Below, in pieces: positions 15,214 to 29,992 of a DNA stretch of 64,000 nucleotides. The stretch comes from Bugula neritina. Lineage: Eukaryota; Animalia; Bryozoa. The stretch spans positions 21,266,995 through 21,330,994 of the forward strand of contig OZ037765.1 of the NCBI GenBank assembly GCA_964035545.1. Reading direction: 5' to 3'. A program made the translations under genes and the position numbers. Positions within the stretch are counted from its first letter, which is position 1; the number at the start of each line of letters is the position of its first letter. The notes under the pieces were generated by a model. The model was not told the DNA's origin and searched no databases. It saw nothing but the letters and a program-made list of their open reading frames with translations.

Positions 15214-17081
15214 TCATTCTGCTGCATCAGAATGTGGCTGTGACTTTGTTGATGCACCAAATAGACTACCCAACACATTCGACCGAGACTTTTCAAGTTG
15301 TTTCACTCTTTTACTCCCTGCCTTTCTTTTTTGTATTTCTTCATCAGTTAATTTTTGTGTATAATCATATGCCCGTTTGTTAGATTTCCAGTCAGCATGC
15401 TTGCTTGCCATTCGCACATGTTTCTGGTTCCATTCTATTTGTTCGGCATAATGGTGAGCTTCTTGCCGAGCTTGGTTGATTTCAGTTCTCATGCGTTGCT
15501 GATTGGAAGCCTGTTCGTATGCCAAACGCTCTGTTAAGTGGCTCCATTGAAATTTTGGCAAGTACCTCATATGCCAAATGCAATCATACCACTTGCTTCG
15601 CTTCTTACCTAACAAGCAAAATATGCAATAGAATATAAATGATAATGCCTTGGCACAAATATTTTGTTTTACTTTTCAAAGAACAGCTATTTAGAACCAG
15701 TCATCACGCAATTATCTAATATGTTTTATCTACATATTAATGGTGATCCACTCAATGATCTAAGTTATGGTATTCTTATTTATGGCTATATATCACCCAG
15801 TGAGGCCAGTATTTAATATCCTTATCCTTTTTTTGAGCGACGCACTAAACTGTCAGGATCAGTAATAAATTATTGTAATTTCCTTTTCCAGTTGAATTTA
15901 CTCCTTCAGCATGTGAAAAATAAAGATGTCAAGACAATTATTATATAAAAATGATTATAGTAAATTTTGTGTAACACAATATTGTAGTACTTACATGTTT
16001 GGGCAGTTATTAAGCCTTTAGTTGTACGATAAAAAATAAATATATTATTTTCCACCAGAGTGATTTCGAATACTAAAGTGAGTAGAAATCATATTGCATG
16101 AGCAGAATGGGCAAAATTCAGAAAAACATTACTCATCAAATTAATCATATAAAATATTTATTACTGTTCTCAAAATAAACTAAAATGTAGTTAATTTAGG
16201 AGCATTAAAATTCCTAAAAATGGTAAGATAACTTATGAAATGGTTGTGCTACATAGGCCTTTGGAAGTTGTCTTCCAGCAAAAACTTGATGCTAATCAAT
16301 GCTGAAGACTTTTGTGCAGCTACATAAAGTAAACAAGTGTTAGGTAGCTAAATTAACTTTTTTAAAAAGTCCAACTTTAGAAAGTTGAGTATTGCATTAG
16401 TTTTTAAAATGAACAAAGTTATTTATTGCTTGCAATTCAAACTGATGTTCAAACAAACCTCCAACACGCTGGTTATTAAGCAGGAGCACACATCTCTTTG
16501 CCTTCTTTTTATCCAGAAACTCAATCCAGCCTTCTGCAAACCTCTTCTTCTTAGCGTGATGGGGCTGGGGTCCTAAGTTCAGAATTAAAAAAATTAATAA
16601 GTTTTTTTGCCGATGCATTATGGGTTGACAACTCCTACTTATATAAACAAATTTATATCAAACGGGAAGCATAACATTCTAACACACATTATATATATTT
16701 TGTAATACAACCATTGCTTTGGAAAATTATTTTAATCTAAAAGGGCAACAACATTCAAGTATTTTAAACATATGCTGATTCCTTTAAAGTAAACAATTAA
16801 AAATTTTCTTGTTAATAGAATCACGAATTGGGTGTGTGTACAGTACCTCCAGTTTGCAAAGAAATTCTTCCAACGTCTCCCAATTCACTGAATACACGAT
16901 AGACATCATTGTATTGCATGCCTTCAGGAATACTACTAAGATATATTACACCAGGCGTCTTCTCCTTGACCCTGGTTGACTTCTGTGTTTCTTTCTCTTC
17001 TTCTACCTCAGGAGACTTTTCAATAGACTTTTGATCGTCATTTGGTGCAGAAGGTTCAAGGTCATCCATTACTCTTAGCAT
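15214..17081 (-). CDS. ABT1: Activator of basal transcription 1 / pre-rRNA processing factor ESF2, ~247 aa; exons 17081-16847, 16572-16459, 15608-15214
   Basis: In-phase GT-AG exons (235+114+395=744 nt). Family motifs PGVIYLSSIP, FAEGWIEFLDKKKAK..LNNQRVGGKKRSKWYDCIWHMRYLPKFQWSHLTERLAYE..RMRTEINQA. Confidence 0.93.
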
Positions 17082-18263
17082 TTATCTACATATTTATATT
17101 ATACGTACAGGTATTATTCTCTAAAAAGTGACTAATTTGCTAGAAAAAGTAACCAACTTTTAATTTTTGTTTCTGTTATGATAACTAATATTACAACTAG
17201 TTACTAATCACTAGCAAACATAAACACAGAGTCAAATTTAAATTGATTGCATAATAATAACAGTTATTATTACTATCACTACTAAAGTTTCAGCTGGCTA
17301 TATTTTCCAATTATGCATTAACAATAGTTTTTACTAATTATCTAGACCATATCGCCACTACAATCAGGTGGCCCAAGTTGAGGAATAAATTTAATACATA
17401 CATAACATGCAATAAAAATTTATTTATAATGGGTATACAACTCTAAATCTGTATTTGGGTTGCAGTCAAAATATTTTTGCAGATTATAATACTAAATAAA
17501 TTTAATTCCTTAGGCCTCCTTCAACTAAGTTTGCTATGTTGGCATCACTATTTACTCAATTTTTTTTTTCGAATTAACAACTTAATACTTGAAAATATCA
17601 GTTCTGAAATAACAAATAATTTAGAAATTTTCAAGGTATTTCGCGAATAAGGAACTTCTTTACAGCACGAGTTAGAATACAACCATTTTCAAGATTATAT
17701 TATTTGTTTTATCAATTTCAAATAAGCTGAACTATAATTTGTATAATATACTATAGAAACATATGGATCTGAACTGCAAGAAGTTTGCTAAGGCATAGTT
17801 AATTGTTTGAAACTGTGAGGGGATAAATCTTATGAGTTTGCTTTCATGGAACTTAAATTTGTATCATTGTCTTCACAAATTGACCTTTTGAATGACTCGC
17901 TTTCTCTATTTTCTAAATGTGATGTAAGTTAAGTTTACAAAAAACCAGACCGGTTGTAGGATATCCGAGCATTAGATTAAGGAGAGCCTGGGACACCTAC
18001 GCAGGTGTGGAGAATGTAGTGAAGAATATGATAACGTCCTCAAAGCTGTGGCTGAGCTGTTGGAGACAGACATTGGCAGCAGCTGATATAATCTACTGGA
18101 ATCAAGTTTACTATGAGTGAGACAAAAACCCTCAGTGAGCTGAGTATGAGGATGAGGTGTGTTTGACCACATGTACTGAATATATTGTGTGATATCCTAG
18201 TATATACGGCTGTATAGCAAAAACAGTGTAGCTAAGGTGTGCTCTCTACTCTCTTAACCCACA

Positions 18264-19690
18264 TAGTAATAATAATACCATTACCATTTAGTAATAATAT
18301 GAGTAATAATAATATTTACTTGCTATAGTTGATACAGTAAAACTAAATCTAACACCAACAGTAATCAGTAATGCTAATATTAATAATACTTATACTAATA
18401 GTAATACTAAATCTAATACCTAGAGTTAATAATAGTATTACTATTAGTACTACCTATTAAACATTACGGCTTTATGGTTACATTTAGTTTTACTGTATTG
18501 TACTTATAATAGTATACTAATAATCAGCATGAGTGGCACTAATACTAATACACAATAGTCTATTCAATAGTATTACTCTTATTTAAGACAGTAATAAACT
18601 TGATGTTCTAATAAAGTGGGACATTTATTTTAGTAATAGTAATACACATGTTCATAGTATCAGACACAGTGACTGTGATTATGATACAGCAAATTATAAA
18701 TCAAAATGAGTAATACTTATACTAATAAATAATCAGTTCAACAGTTATGGTAATAGTAATACTGTATTACTATTAGTATTAATCTATTACGCACATACAT
18801 ACTGATAGTATCAGCATGAATATAAGTACCAGTATCACTGTGACTGTCACTGTATGTGTAACCGTAAGTGTATGGGCATCAGACTGAGTATCAGTGTGAG
18901 TATGAGTATGCCTAATACTAATAGTAATAGTGATACTAATACTGCGAATATAAGTATCACTCAAAGTCACCGCTATTCAGTATTAGTATGGATATTCACT
19001 CACCATAATAATAAACAATTGATCATTATGGTCTATCACTATGAGTATGACTATCACTATGAGTCTGAGTGTATCATTATTACCATGAGCATTAGTATCA
19101 GTATGACTATCACTTACAGTTACACGATCACTGACAGTGACACTATTACTATGTCTCAGTCTGTCACATTCGTTGACATTATGAACAGTATGAAGTATCA
19201 GTATGACCATGAGGCATGATACTCGTAGGCTACTGCTATGACATTACTATCACTATGAGTATGGGATTGAGTATCAATTATCATTATCAATATGAGTATG
19301 AGTATGACATTGTGATTCTGATTGGGTATCACTATCATTGACTATTAGTATTAGTATTACTATTAGTATTAGTATGAGTATCACTATCAGCATCATGATC
19401 ATCATTATCAATTATCATCATGATTATGATTTATGAATATCAATAACAATTACTATTAGTATTAGTATTACTATTACAATGTTGAATGTGACATTGAATA
19501 TCAATTATCAATATGAGTATGACTATCACTATGAGTATGACCATCACTAAGTCAGTGACTAAGTCAACTCTAAGTCTTTTCTATTGGTTAGTATATATAT
19601 ACGTGTAGATATTACTTAATAGTAATACTATAACTATTACTTATTTACAGTAATAGTAACAGTTATAGTAATAGTAATACTAACGCTAGC
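18264..19690. repeat. Long cryptic simple-repeat tract (TAGTAA / ATGAGT / ACTATC tri- and hexamer mosaic)
   Basis: Period-3/6 low-complexity sequence such as agtattagtattactattagtattagtatgagtatcactatc. ORFs here are compositional artefacts. Confidence 0.8.
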
Positions 19691-21180
19691 AGTAGCTAAC
19701 TTGAAAGTCACCCACGAGAATGTGTACGCACATACATGTGTTGGTGGACTGAGGCCGGTCACGCAAATTGTCGGAAAGTTTCATTTCAGACACAATATAA
19801 GAAGAGCCTTAGTAGAACCACTAGCTTATCAAGAGGACAACTCCTTTATATATGTTGCATATTTTATAGCTGCACTTGTGCACTAATACCCTCTCAACAC
19901 AAGAGGAAATTTTTTGAATTTTTACATCTCTCCTTTGTGTAATTATTTTCAAGTGCTTAAGTATGTGAATGAGCTTTCATTACTAATCAACTAATGATAA
20001 TTACCTGCATTAGTATTATTTACCAGTGTACAACTGTGAAACCTACCATTGCTTTTGGAGTATACATACAGTACAACGAAATTGGTTGTAAGTACTTGAG
20101 TTGTTTAACCAATCATATTGGCTTACATACAGTGTTACATTTGTCTCTCTTACAGACAAAAAGCTTCTAACTATAAACAGAAATGTGAATTCCGTAGCAG
20201 TTAGTATTCTACCTATGTAAATTATATGAAGAGCCTCTTTTACACTTGCATCCATCTAAACTCAGCAGACTATACTGTCTATACAGATTACTGAAATTGT
20301 GTTCCGTTTATAGATCTCAGCAGTAGCAGGAAGGCAGACCCTTTAACAATATTAGATAAATATCTTTTTCCAGGCTTGTGTTGGTTCATTTAGTGCGTGT
20401 GCTAGTCACACCCATAAACTTGTGACTTTAATCAAAATGCTCATGATAAATTGAAAGCAATATAGTATAAAAATAATACTCTTGATTATTTAAAATTTAG
20501 ATAATCTGTCACTACAAATAATTGAATTTTCACACTTTGTTGCAAGCTGATAGGTCTTCTCATGACTAAAATCTCAACTCACAAATTATTTACAAGCACC
20601 TTCAATCTAAAAAACTACTTTTTTTATAAACAATGTGAATATTAGCAACATACATTATTAAAAGGTATTAGTTATTACTATAAAAATTACAATAAGCAGG
20701 GTTTGGGTTGCTTTTAGCACCTACTAAACTAGCATGTGTGTGGAGTAAGGTCTTATCCAGTATCTAATGCACTATCATACTAACTCTAAAGGAAATACAA
20801 TAATTTAATTGGTATAGTGACCGGCCAGTTGTTTCTGTTTCTATTCCTCACTATTTGTTATCTATTTTATACCTATGGTTTAAAGACTTCGGCTTTTGTC
20901 TTCAGACTACATGAGGACTGAATCATGAAAGAATAAAACCAGCATGATCACATGCATATACGTACTGATGGACACTGTATTATGCCTTACCATTCTATCA
21001 ACATGCAAATAAATTGTTTAGTTAAAACACTTATACATCTAAATAAATTCCTAGAAAAGTTCAATAGTTGAAATACAAAATAAATTCAGTAGTATCTACA
21101 TTAATATTAAAAGTTACAAATTTACAAAAAAACCTATGTTCATTCATATAAAACAATACTTTTTATGAGATCAGATGCTC

Positions 21181-24100
21181 TTACTTCCTTTTCGTGATTT
21201 TTCTCGACTGTTTAGTTGGGTATTGGTCGACTCTAACTGGTTCACTTTTCTCAGGAGTATATTCAGTATTGAGAAATAAGTTTATAGACTGAGCATATTG
21301 TTTGTTAGACAAGGTGTTCTCCAAATCTTTCTGACTCAACCGACACAAATCCTGAATACTGTTTACATGGTCAGCAAGAAGAGAAACGTTCTTTGTTGTT
21401 ACACATGGAAGTTTCATTAGCAAGTCGTGAGCGGCAATGTTGTACTTTGCATCTCTAATTATGTCCTCAGTAGAAGTGACGGTCATTGCCTTGTCAACTG
21501 CTGGCTCAGTACTTCCTTTCTTTAAATTTACAAACAGGTCGGCAGTGGAATGTGAACTTTGGCACCAAAGAATTCGAAGCTTCGGAAAATGTAAAGTCAA
21601 CAAAGCTAATCTTGATTGAACATCATTGATTGAAATTTCTTGTTGAAGATTGAAATTTTTCTACAATCAAAACATTTAAAGATGATATATTGCTGCATAC
21701 AAAACAATTGTATGATGTGAGATGTGCTAACATAGCTATAATGTTTGGCTGCATTTCATATTTAGTTTCCATTCAACAATGCAGCATTAAGCTTTGTAAA
21801 ACACCAACAGCAAACTAACACTTGAGTATAATTTAGCTGCTGCCTGATTTATAGTTCAATAATGACTAGGATACATAATAACCATCTTTCACATGTTTAT
21901 ATTTACTAATGTGTAAATTTGGCAATTTTATTAAGAAAAACAGAAAACATTAAACTAAATAAATTAAAGAGCCCGAGACGAAAGAAGAAATAACGTGACG
22001 CTACCTGCAGAGCAAATGGCTTAGTTGGATCAAACTCAATAAGCAAGACTGGCCGCTTGTAATATCTACTCATAGCTACACATTGGTTGTAGAGTCTCCC
22101 GTTATTCAATGAGCCAATGAGATCTGAGACAGATTTCCGTTCAACACAGATGTCTTGCGTGAGAATATAATCACCAACCTCTAAGGTCACAGGTTCAAGG
22201 CCAACGCCTAATTTATGAATGAGAAAAGGGAGATCACTACGAAATTCTCTCATATCAACAATCACCTACAAAATGAATTTCCAAAAATTTGCAATGATCT
22301 CTATATACTTTGCTTACATAAAAACATGTAAGTGTAGCTATGTATGTTATTTTATCTCTCAACTAGAAGACAGTTTTACTTCAAAAGTTTGGGTAAATAG
22401 TTTTCTTCCCAGTTAATATATTTTATATCATGACAAAAAAGTCAAAAGAAGAAAGTATAAAATTAAAATACACGAATACCTTGCTATCCTGAGATTCCTT
22501 CGGTTGTAAGCCACCTTTTCTTGAAGTGACAGTTTGATTGGCAGCAACTGCAGCACATTGTGTGTTTTGGTCTTCTATGATCTTACCATCACGATCTTCT
22601 GGTATTATCATGGCCTACATGTAAGCCCACCAAGTTATTATTGGTAAATACAGAAGCCATATCAATCATGTAGCACAAACTGTTATTTAAAAGTTATTTT
22701 CTAAAAATCAAGGATATTAATACTAACAGCTTTTTGCCTAATAAGCTCTTCGAATGCAACTTTTTCTTTTCTTATTGAAGTGAGAAATCTCTGTTCTTCT
22801 GAAGATCCAGTAAACATCATGATGTATACTCTGAATTGTACACCAGGTCTGCATGCTTTAAATATCTGTTTAATAAACAAAATGCTTGGAAATTAAATAG
22901 AAACAGGTTGCAACACACTGCAACTGCTTTTAAGAGCAGAGATGACAATTAGATAACACACTATTCCTGTTTAAAAAAGACCGATAAAATTAAGATAAAA
23001 CCTATAATCTAACTTCCTAAATTTAGATTATTTAGTTATAATTATGTGAAAATTTAGGTAAAAATGTGTTCATAATGAGATTTGAGGTGTACAACACTGA
23101 AAATCATATTACATATCAACTCTTATATGAACTATAAGCTTTACCATTAGATTTACATTATTTATCTGAACTAACAAATTATTTCTGAGCTACAGGAAAG
23201 TTTAATCTAAAACATCCACTGATTGGAGAAGCTAATCAGTGTGATAGGAAGTTGACAGAAGATCATCACTTCTATTGCTGAGTGATCAATTCAGAGATGT
23301 TGAAAAATACCAAGTACCTCTAGCTGTCTTATATATGATATATCTGTGTCAAAGAGAATGACATATCTAGGCTGAATGACGTCTAAAGCTCTTATCAATG
23401 CATTTTGATCATTGTTAATTCGTAGAGCTAGCAGAGCTGTTTGCTGATTGGTTAAAGCAGATGCACAACTAGCACTGTCAACCACCTGAAGGCCTCTGTC
23501 CTCCATCACTTTGTCATCACACTACAAATAAACATACCAAGAGTATTACGCCCTGTTCACATTACAGAGTTTATTGCGGCTTTTGAGAAAAGTGCTTATC
23601 ATAGAGGTACATCATAGCTATCTTAACTTAGACAACAGCTCTCGATGGTTAGTGATAAGAGCCATGCGTCAAAAATATAACACAACACTCGGTAAACTCA
23701 CCTCTCAAAGGCAATGTTAAACACTTAATTTTCACTGTAGTGCAAATGGACATGAAAAATAATAAAATAAAAGCACATTTCAAATGCCTAATAAATATTT
23801 ACCAATACATAGCAATAAGTCATGTTGTACTGACAACTGAGGACACTCACAATTTCTTCTTTACAGGTAGTTTTAGAAGTTGTCTCTCCTCGTGCTAACT
23901 GAGTCAGAGTTGTCTGATTTTCTGCTGTCTTCTGTTTCTTGCCCTTACTGGGTCTTGTTGAAGTTTGATCACCATCCTCTTCTGAATTCTTATTTCCATT
24001 AGATTCCTGTTGATTACCAACACATAGACATAACATTAAAAGTGAATGTTTCATCTAGCGATCCCAACAAACTCCTTTTGCTCAAATATCACCAACTCTA

Positions 24101-27100
24101 TATTTTATAAAAAAGCACAATTTTTAATTGGTGACCAAAAATGGGAAAATTGCCAAGAACTAAACGTATCTTTTAACAATGCCATTATCAGAGTAAAATA
24201 AATACATAAAACCGTCCGTTAAACTAAATAAATACTAAAATGGATCCATACATCTCTCTGCTTTGGCTCATCTAGCCTAGCCAGGAGATCTGAGAGAACC
24301 TTAGTAGCTCCGTGAAGAATATAGTCTTTCAACTGACTGCAGGTGCTCTGAGAGTCTACAGCGACTAACACTCTAGCTACAGACGAATGCTTCTGATCAC
24401 CACATCTCAATGTCTCTTCTGTGTCACTAATTTCCTTCAGCACTTCTGTTAGAGCTTCCCATTTCGGATTTCTTTCCGACAGAACCACTAAAGAAGAATG
24501 TTTGTAAACATGTAAGTGTATTTTTCATAAATGTGAGATCTAGAAGAAAATAATGATGCAAAATCTATCAACAGTAACTTGTAACGTATATGTGGGTGGG
24601 GGTATATTCCTAATACTGCAAAAATAGGTAGAATTAAGAACAACCACTATACTTTTTTTATCTTTGATTCGAGACAAATTTTTGGCTTGCTCTTCTATTT
24701 TTCCATGAGCTCGCTCCTTAGCAAACTACAAAATATGATATAAATAGTAAAACGCATAGAAGCAGTCATAACATAGGGAGACAAATTCATGTGTTGCACA
24801 TTTTCATATAAGTCAATTATGTAAAAATGACAATGCGTTATTTTTTATATACATGTAAGTATATCTTATAGAGAAATATAATTTGCATAACTAGATAACA
24901 GCTGTAAGTATCGTCCAACACTTACCATATACAACTTGTCAGCAGCATCTGTATATAGCCACCCAGCATTGTCAAGAAACTTTTTCTCATTGGATCTAAA
25001 TCATCATATCACATAATTATTATACATTTTTCAAATGAGAAGAATTTTAAAATTTCTATAATATATTTGTTCCTTGAACTCACTTGATAGATCGAACCAT
25101 GCTGTAGAAAGTAACACAGTCGTAATGAGTGAGAGATCTAGAAATAGAATATTGAGTAAACATTATCGCAGCAAGCAACAAGACATAGTATTATGAAGTA
25201 CACAAAGTCATACTAATTGCATATAAATTATTTCTCTTAATCACTAATTATTAGTACATTGACGTTGCGATAATAAAACACTAAAAACCAGTGCATCATA
25301 CAAATAGTCATGATAGCTTTAAAAACTAGCTGAGCACCTACAATACTTGCTACACTAACAAGGCTAGTCGTGCCCTAGAGTAGAGGCAAAGGTATGAGCA
25401 GTCATGAACTAGCTGCAAAGGGTGCTTGTCCAACATGCACTAGGGCAATTCAAATCTCTTTTAAGTTACCAGTGATCCACAAAAGATATATAGTCACAAA
25501 TGACATGTTTTATTTAGCAAATTTTTAAGTAGCACCAGAAAATCTATAGAGATTGGGACCAACATGTCTAAAAATCGTTTGTTTGTACCCAGAAATTAAA
25601 TAAAACACACCAACACAAAAACCAATTGAAAACGAAAATTTATAGAAGCACCACTAGCCAACTGTGTGGACCTCTAACACATAGGTAATACATTACAAAT
25701 TTATTTATTTCAACAGAACTATTATTCATCAATAAAAGAGGAGAAACAATTTAAAGTGAATAATATGTCATATTTTCTCTTCAAAACTCAGTACTTGTTA
25801 TAAACTGTAAAACCTCAGCTTACCTTAAAAGTTCTCGAAGCGTCTTCAAATCAGCGATTAGTTGTTTAGTTTTGCTCGTCAGCTGATGCCACATGGGATC
25901 CAACTGGATCCGCACAGTGGCATCAAATGCTGTGCTGATCAAGTTCTCATAAGTCACACTCTCTAGATCAAGCTAAAAAGATTTTAGGTCACAGTAGATT
26001 AGTTACTTAAATGCTTTATATATAACGGTGTGGTCCTGGTAACCTAGGCTCTTTAAATTCAATGTTTAACAAAATTTCAAAACTGCAAGCTCATCTCATT
26101 GACTTTGTTTCATATACTCGTATTACTTAGAACATACTACCTACAGTGGTGAAGTGGTCAATTATCAATTGCTAGAACAATGCTAACAGATAACATATAT
26201 AATTATTAGAACTAAGCTACTTGCAAGCTAATCGGCCAACATTAAAAAAATTGAATCGATTCAAAGCCCAAGTAATAAAAAATATTGTCCAGTGACATTG
26301 AATATGAATTAATACTAAACTCACAGTTGGGTTGCATAGCTTGAGTTCCTTTATGCAAAGATTGATAAGTTCGAGCAATGCCATCTGACACCCCTTCATA
26401 GCAGGAGAACAAGGCACACCAAGTTCTATAACTTCTGGCTGTAACAGTTATTTTTTCAAATCAAAAACATTTATTTCTCAACATTCCATTCCATTTTAGT
26501 TTATTATTTAAACTTGCAATTAGTTACGATATATTTCTACTCGTTTCTAAAGTAGCTAGAAATAAAAGGTACAGGTAAAACTCAGAAAAAAATTACAAAA
26601 CAGCTGCCAATGGAGTGAAATGCTGACACCTAGTGGCCAGAGAGCCCACCTGACTTCTCTCAAGAGCGTCTTTCACTGATGCTTGAAAACGAGGATAAAG
26701 AAAAAGTTTTCTAAGGAACAGAGCTCGCATCACTTTCTCCGCTTGACAGTAACCATCAATAAAAGTGACCGGGTGATCAGAAAAAGCCTTTATAAAGCCA
26801 TCCTATAAAATCCGAGTGTATTGGACTATTAGAAACCATTCATGTCATAATGTCTGAACATGTTGAAGTAGCTGTGCACGGAGGGCTTACCTTATTCTTC
26901 TGTCTAAAGAGCCTCAAGATGAAAGCTTCCAAACCTGCTTCTTTCACCCTTCAATAAAGTTAAAAAATCATGGCAGTTGATCCAACCCAGTTTACTACAG
27001 CTCCCTACTACACAGCACAGCACACACTACATTTATACACTATCATTAACACAGCAAGTATGATATTGAACAAGTTTAGACAGTAATATAACAAGATTAT

Positions 27101-28400
27101 TATAAATTAAAATATATTATAATATTACATGTGATTTCCTCTAACGAAAAGCAGTTACTACATAAATGAGAGCAACAAAAAGTTAACATAGTTTATAGCA
27201 TACCTGTGTGCATTACAAACTATAATTCCAGTGACCAAATGAGATGGAATTTTCTCAGTTAACAGATCCATAACTAAAATCCTGTTAGATACAAACAGCA
27301 CTCCCCCGTTCATATATACACCAACTCTAAAAAAGTTATTATAATTAGAGAAGTTGCTATAAATCATGTCCAGCTTAAATTCGAATAACGCACAAAATTT
27401 ACATGCTAATTAGAAAAATTGAAAACATCTTGTGTACTCTGAGTAATAAGTATTTAGAAAGTTGAAGCACATTGTATAATATACTTTAAGCTGTTGCCAA
27501 AACAAGATATCTTATACTGACCACACCTGACATGCTCAAAGTTCTACTGACACATACTGCCAAACCGGCTAATATTAAATTATAATTGCCTCTCATCCCG
27601 AGATATCTCTGAGTTGATGACCTTAGGCATTTGTTCTACGCCAGCCAACTGCAACCTCTCAAAGTAATATTCCTCCTCATATATGGATGCATTGAGAACC
27701 AACACCAGGCTGGCAGGGTGACAAAAGGCCTTCATTAATGCCTCTATAATTCTATATATTCCTAAACCTCTGCAAAATAAACCCAATAGTACGAACCTAT
27801 TTTTAATATGCAAACTAGGTACATTTTCTGAAAACAAGCTATAATTTATTTATATGTAAATGCCATAGTTCTAAAATTGAGTTATAAAACTAGTGAACTG
27901 AATTTGATCCAACTTACAACATTCAACTTCTGAAATATTGCATACTTAACAAAATCAGAAAGAAATACATAACTAAACTTGCAAACACTCACTAAAATAC
28001 CGAATACTGCTTTAATTTAAATAAAACCAAATCTTATGAAATATAGGAACAATGATTAAATTCTGCAAAATCATAAAATTATAAATTGCTTTAAATCCAG
28101 GTTTTGCTTTTCATAAAATGCCTCAACAGGTAAATTTTTATAAAATCTAATAGCTATACCTTTATACAAAATTTTATCACGCTAATTTCAAAAGTCAAGT
28201 ATAATAACATGATTGAATAAAAACAGTAGCACGTAATTTAAAGGTGTATTTATATAATATCAAAATTCCTCATACGTAAACTTGGAACAAATAAACTAAA
28301 CAGATTGTATAAGTACAGTCAAATAATACCTAGCAAGCACCAGCAACCCATCATGCTCAAGTAGATCAGCAAAGATCTGCTTTTCATATTCCAGCAACAT
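21181..28400 (-). CDS. ERCC4: DNA repair endonuclease XPF; ~17 coding exons (28400-28330, 27769-27590, 27326-27204, ~26949-26891, ~26802-26651, ~26438-26325, ~25972-25825, ~25138-25085, ~24996-24926, ~24726-24650, ~24487-24253, ~24008-23851, ~23521-23318, ~22866-22729, ~22615-22480, ~22265-22006, ~21660-21181)
   Basis: N-terminus [27 protein letters not shown]...[11 protein letters not shown]; [16 protein letters not shown]; [22 protein letters not shown]; [17 protein letters not shown]4 nuclease domain [54 protein letters not shown], then [12 protein letters not shown] and an HhH2 tail. Internal exon boundaries marked ~ are approximate. Confidence 0.95.
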
Positions 28401-28537
28401 GGCCTACAAACAAAAATTATCACATATTAAAAATTCTCACCGAAAAAAAGAAACCTCAGTTTTTTACAAACACAACCTCTGAATATGATGACAGTTGAAA
28501 ACATTTACACAAAAATTATATCAATTATAGTAAAATT

Positions 28538-29619
28538 GGGTGTGACTAAAATGGGGTCAAAAACTAGGGGGTGTCGGGAAGAATTCAATACATGTATTTT
28601 AACTTAATTTCATAGTTATTTTTCAGTTTCTAGACATGCTGACTATGGAACCATATACATTAAACTAGTAAAAATACCGAGAGGAATATTAACAAAAAAA
28701 AATGTTCACAAAATGTAAAAATAAAACTAAAAATCTTTGCGACACCCATTTTAGTCATTTGGGGGGTGCTTTGACTAAAATAGGTGTCAGGGTGATTTTT
28801 GCTTTATTCTTTAGCTTTTTGGCAATTTTTGTTGCTAAATTGGTTGTTGATCAAAGCTTTAGGGAAACTCTAATATATAATAACTGTTTCACCCCAAATG
28901 ACAGTAGTATTAAATAATAATTTACAATAATAAAATATAATAAAAACCGAAACTATCAGTGACACTGCCTAGAGTTATCTTCCCTTAGTTCTTAGTTATG
29001 TTTTTATGATTTTTTTATAATATTTGTGAGTATTAGAGATTTTAATAATTTTAATTAGTAAATGCAAGTAAAAGTTTCAACATGACATAATTTATAGTAT
29101 CCAAAACCGCCCAGAAAGCTAAAAATAAAGCAAAAATCACCGTAACACCCATTTTAGTCACTGGTGGGTGTTTTTACTAAAATGGGTGTCGCGAAGATTT
29201 TTAGTTTTGTTTTCACATTTTGTAGACATTTTTGTTTGTTAATATTGCTCAAAACGTTTTTAATAGTTTAAAGTATATGTTTCATAAGTTAGCATGTCTA
29301 TGATCATAACGATAACAGTAAAATTAAGTGGAAATTAAATTTTTGATGAGGAAAGATAACTCTCGATAAGTTTAGTTTTTGTTAAAAATAATTTAATTTA
29401 ATCATTATTTGTTTATGTTTTTTGGTTTAAACAATTGTGAAACGTTAATTATTCACTGAAGATTTATTTAATAACAATTTCAGCAGTCACAAATGTCTAA
29501 AAATCTGAAAATAAAACGAAAATTTTTCGTGACGCCCATTTTAGTCAAAACCCCTCCTTATGACTAAAATAGGTGTCACAGACCGCGACACCGGGTGGCC
29601 ACCCATTTTAGTCACACCC
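28538..29619. mobile_element. Non-autonomous foldback/MITE DNA transposon, Mutator-like (9-bp TSD)
   Basis: 18-bp perfect TIR GGGTGTGACTAAAATGGG...CCCATTTTAGTCACACCC; AGTAAAATT duplicated at 28529-28537 and 29620-29628. Units 2 and 3 show the empty site (tatagtaaaattcgtc). Internal ~200-bp inverted repeat (~28630-28830 vs ~29100-29300) and repeated ACACCCATTTTAGTCA motifs. The superfamily is inferred from TSD length only. Confidence 0.9.
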
Positions 29620-29992
29620 AGTAAAATTCGTCACCATAGCCAAATTTCTTAAAGCTCAAGTTCAGGTAATAAATAAACAAACAAATTTTAAGAAACTATT
29701 ATCAATTACAATAAACAAAAACAAAATTTGTGTTGATATTATATTTACCACAATAATACTTATAGCCCATTAGTATAATTAAAATTGTAAAATAATATAG
29801 TTACATATTTATAGCCTCTAACAGTAACAACTAGTTCCAATACTAATACCAGAATACAAATTGTTCTCAAATTACAAACTGGATTTATAAATAATGATTA
29901 TATCATTTAAAAACAAGTTAGATAAGCTATGTAAAAATAAAAAACTAAATAATCACAATATATTGGTAATAATAAAATTAATAATAATAAAA

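Noticed and set aside
17977-18257. Possible TTAA-flanked (Kolobok/piggyBac-like) small element, TTAAGGAGAG...CTCTCTTAA
   Set aside because: Terminal match is only ~5 bp and offset; no second copy or empty site in the window.
18779-19219. Ser/Thr/Ile-rich ORFs on both strands
   Set aside because: Products of the period-3 low-complexity tract; no splice or domain support.
28538-29619. Interspersed short repeats as a CRISPR-like array
   Set aside because: Repeats alternate in orientation, spacing is irregular, and they are bounded by TIR and TSD in a eukaryotic context.
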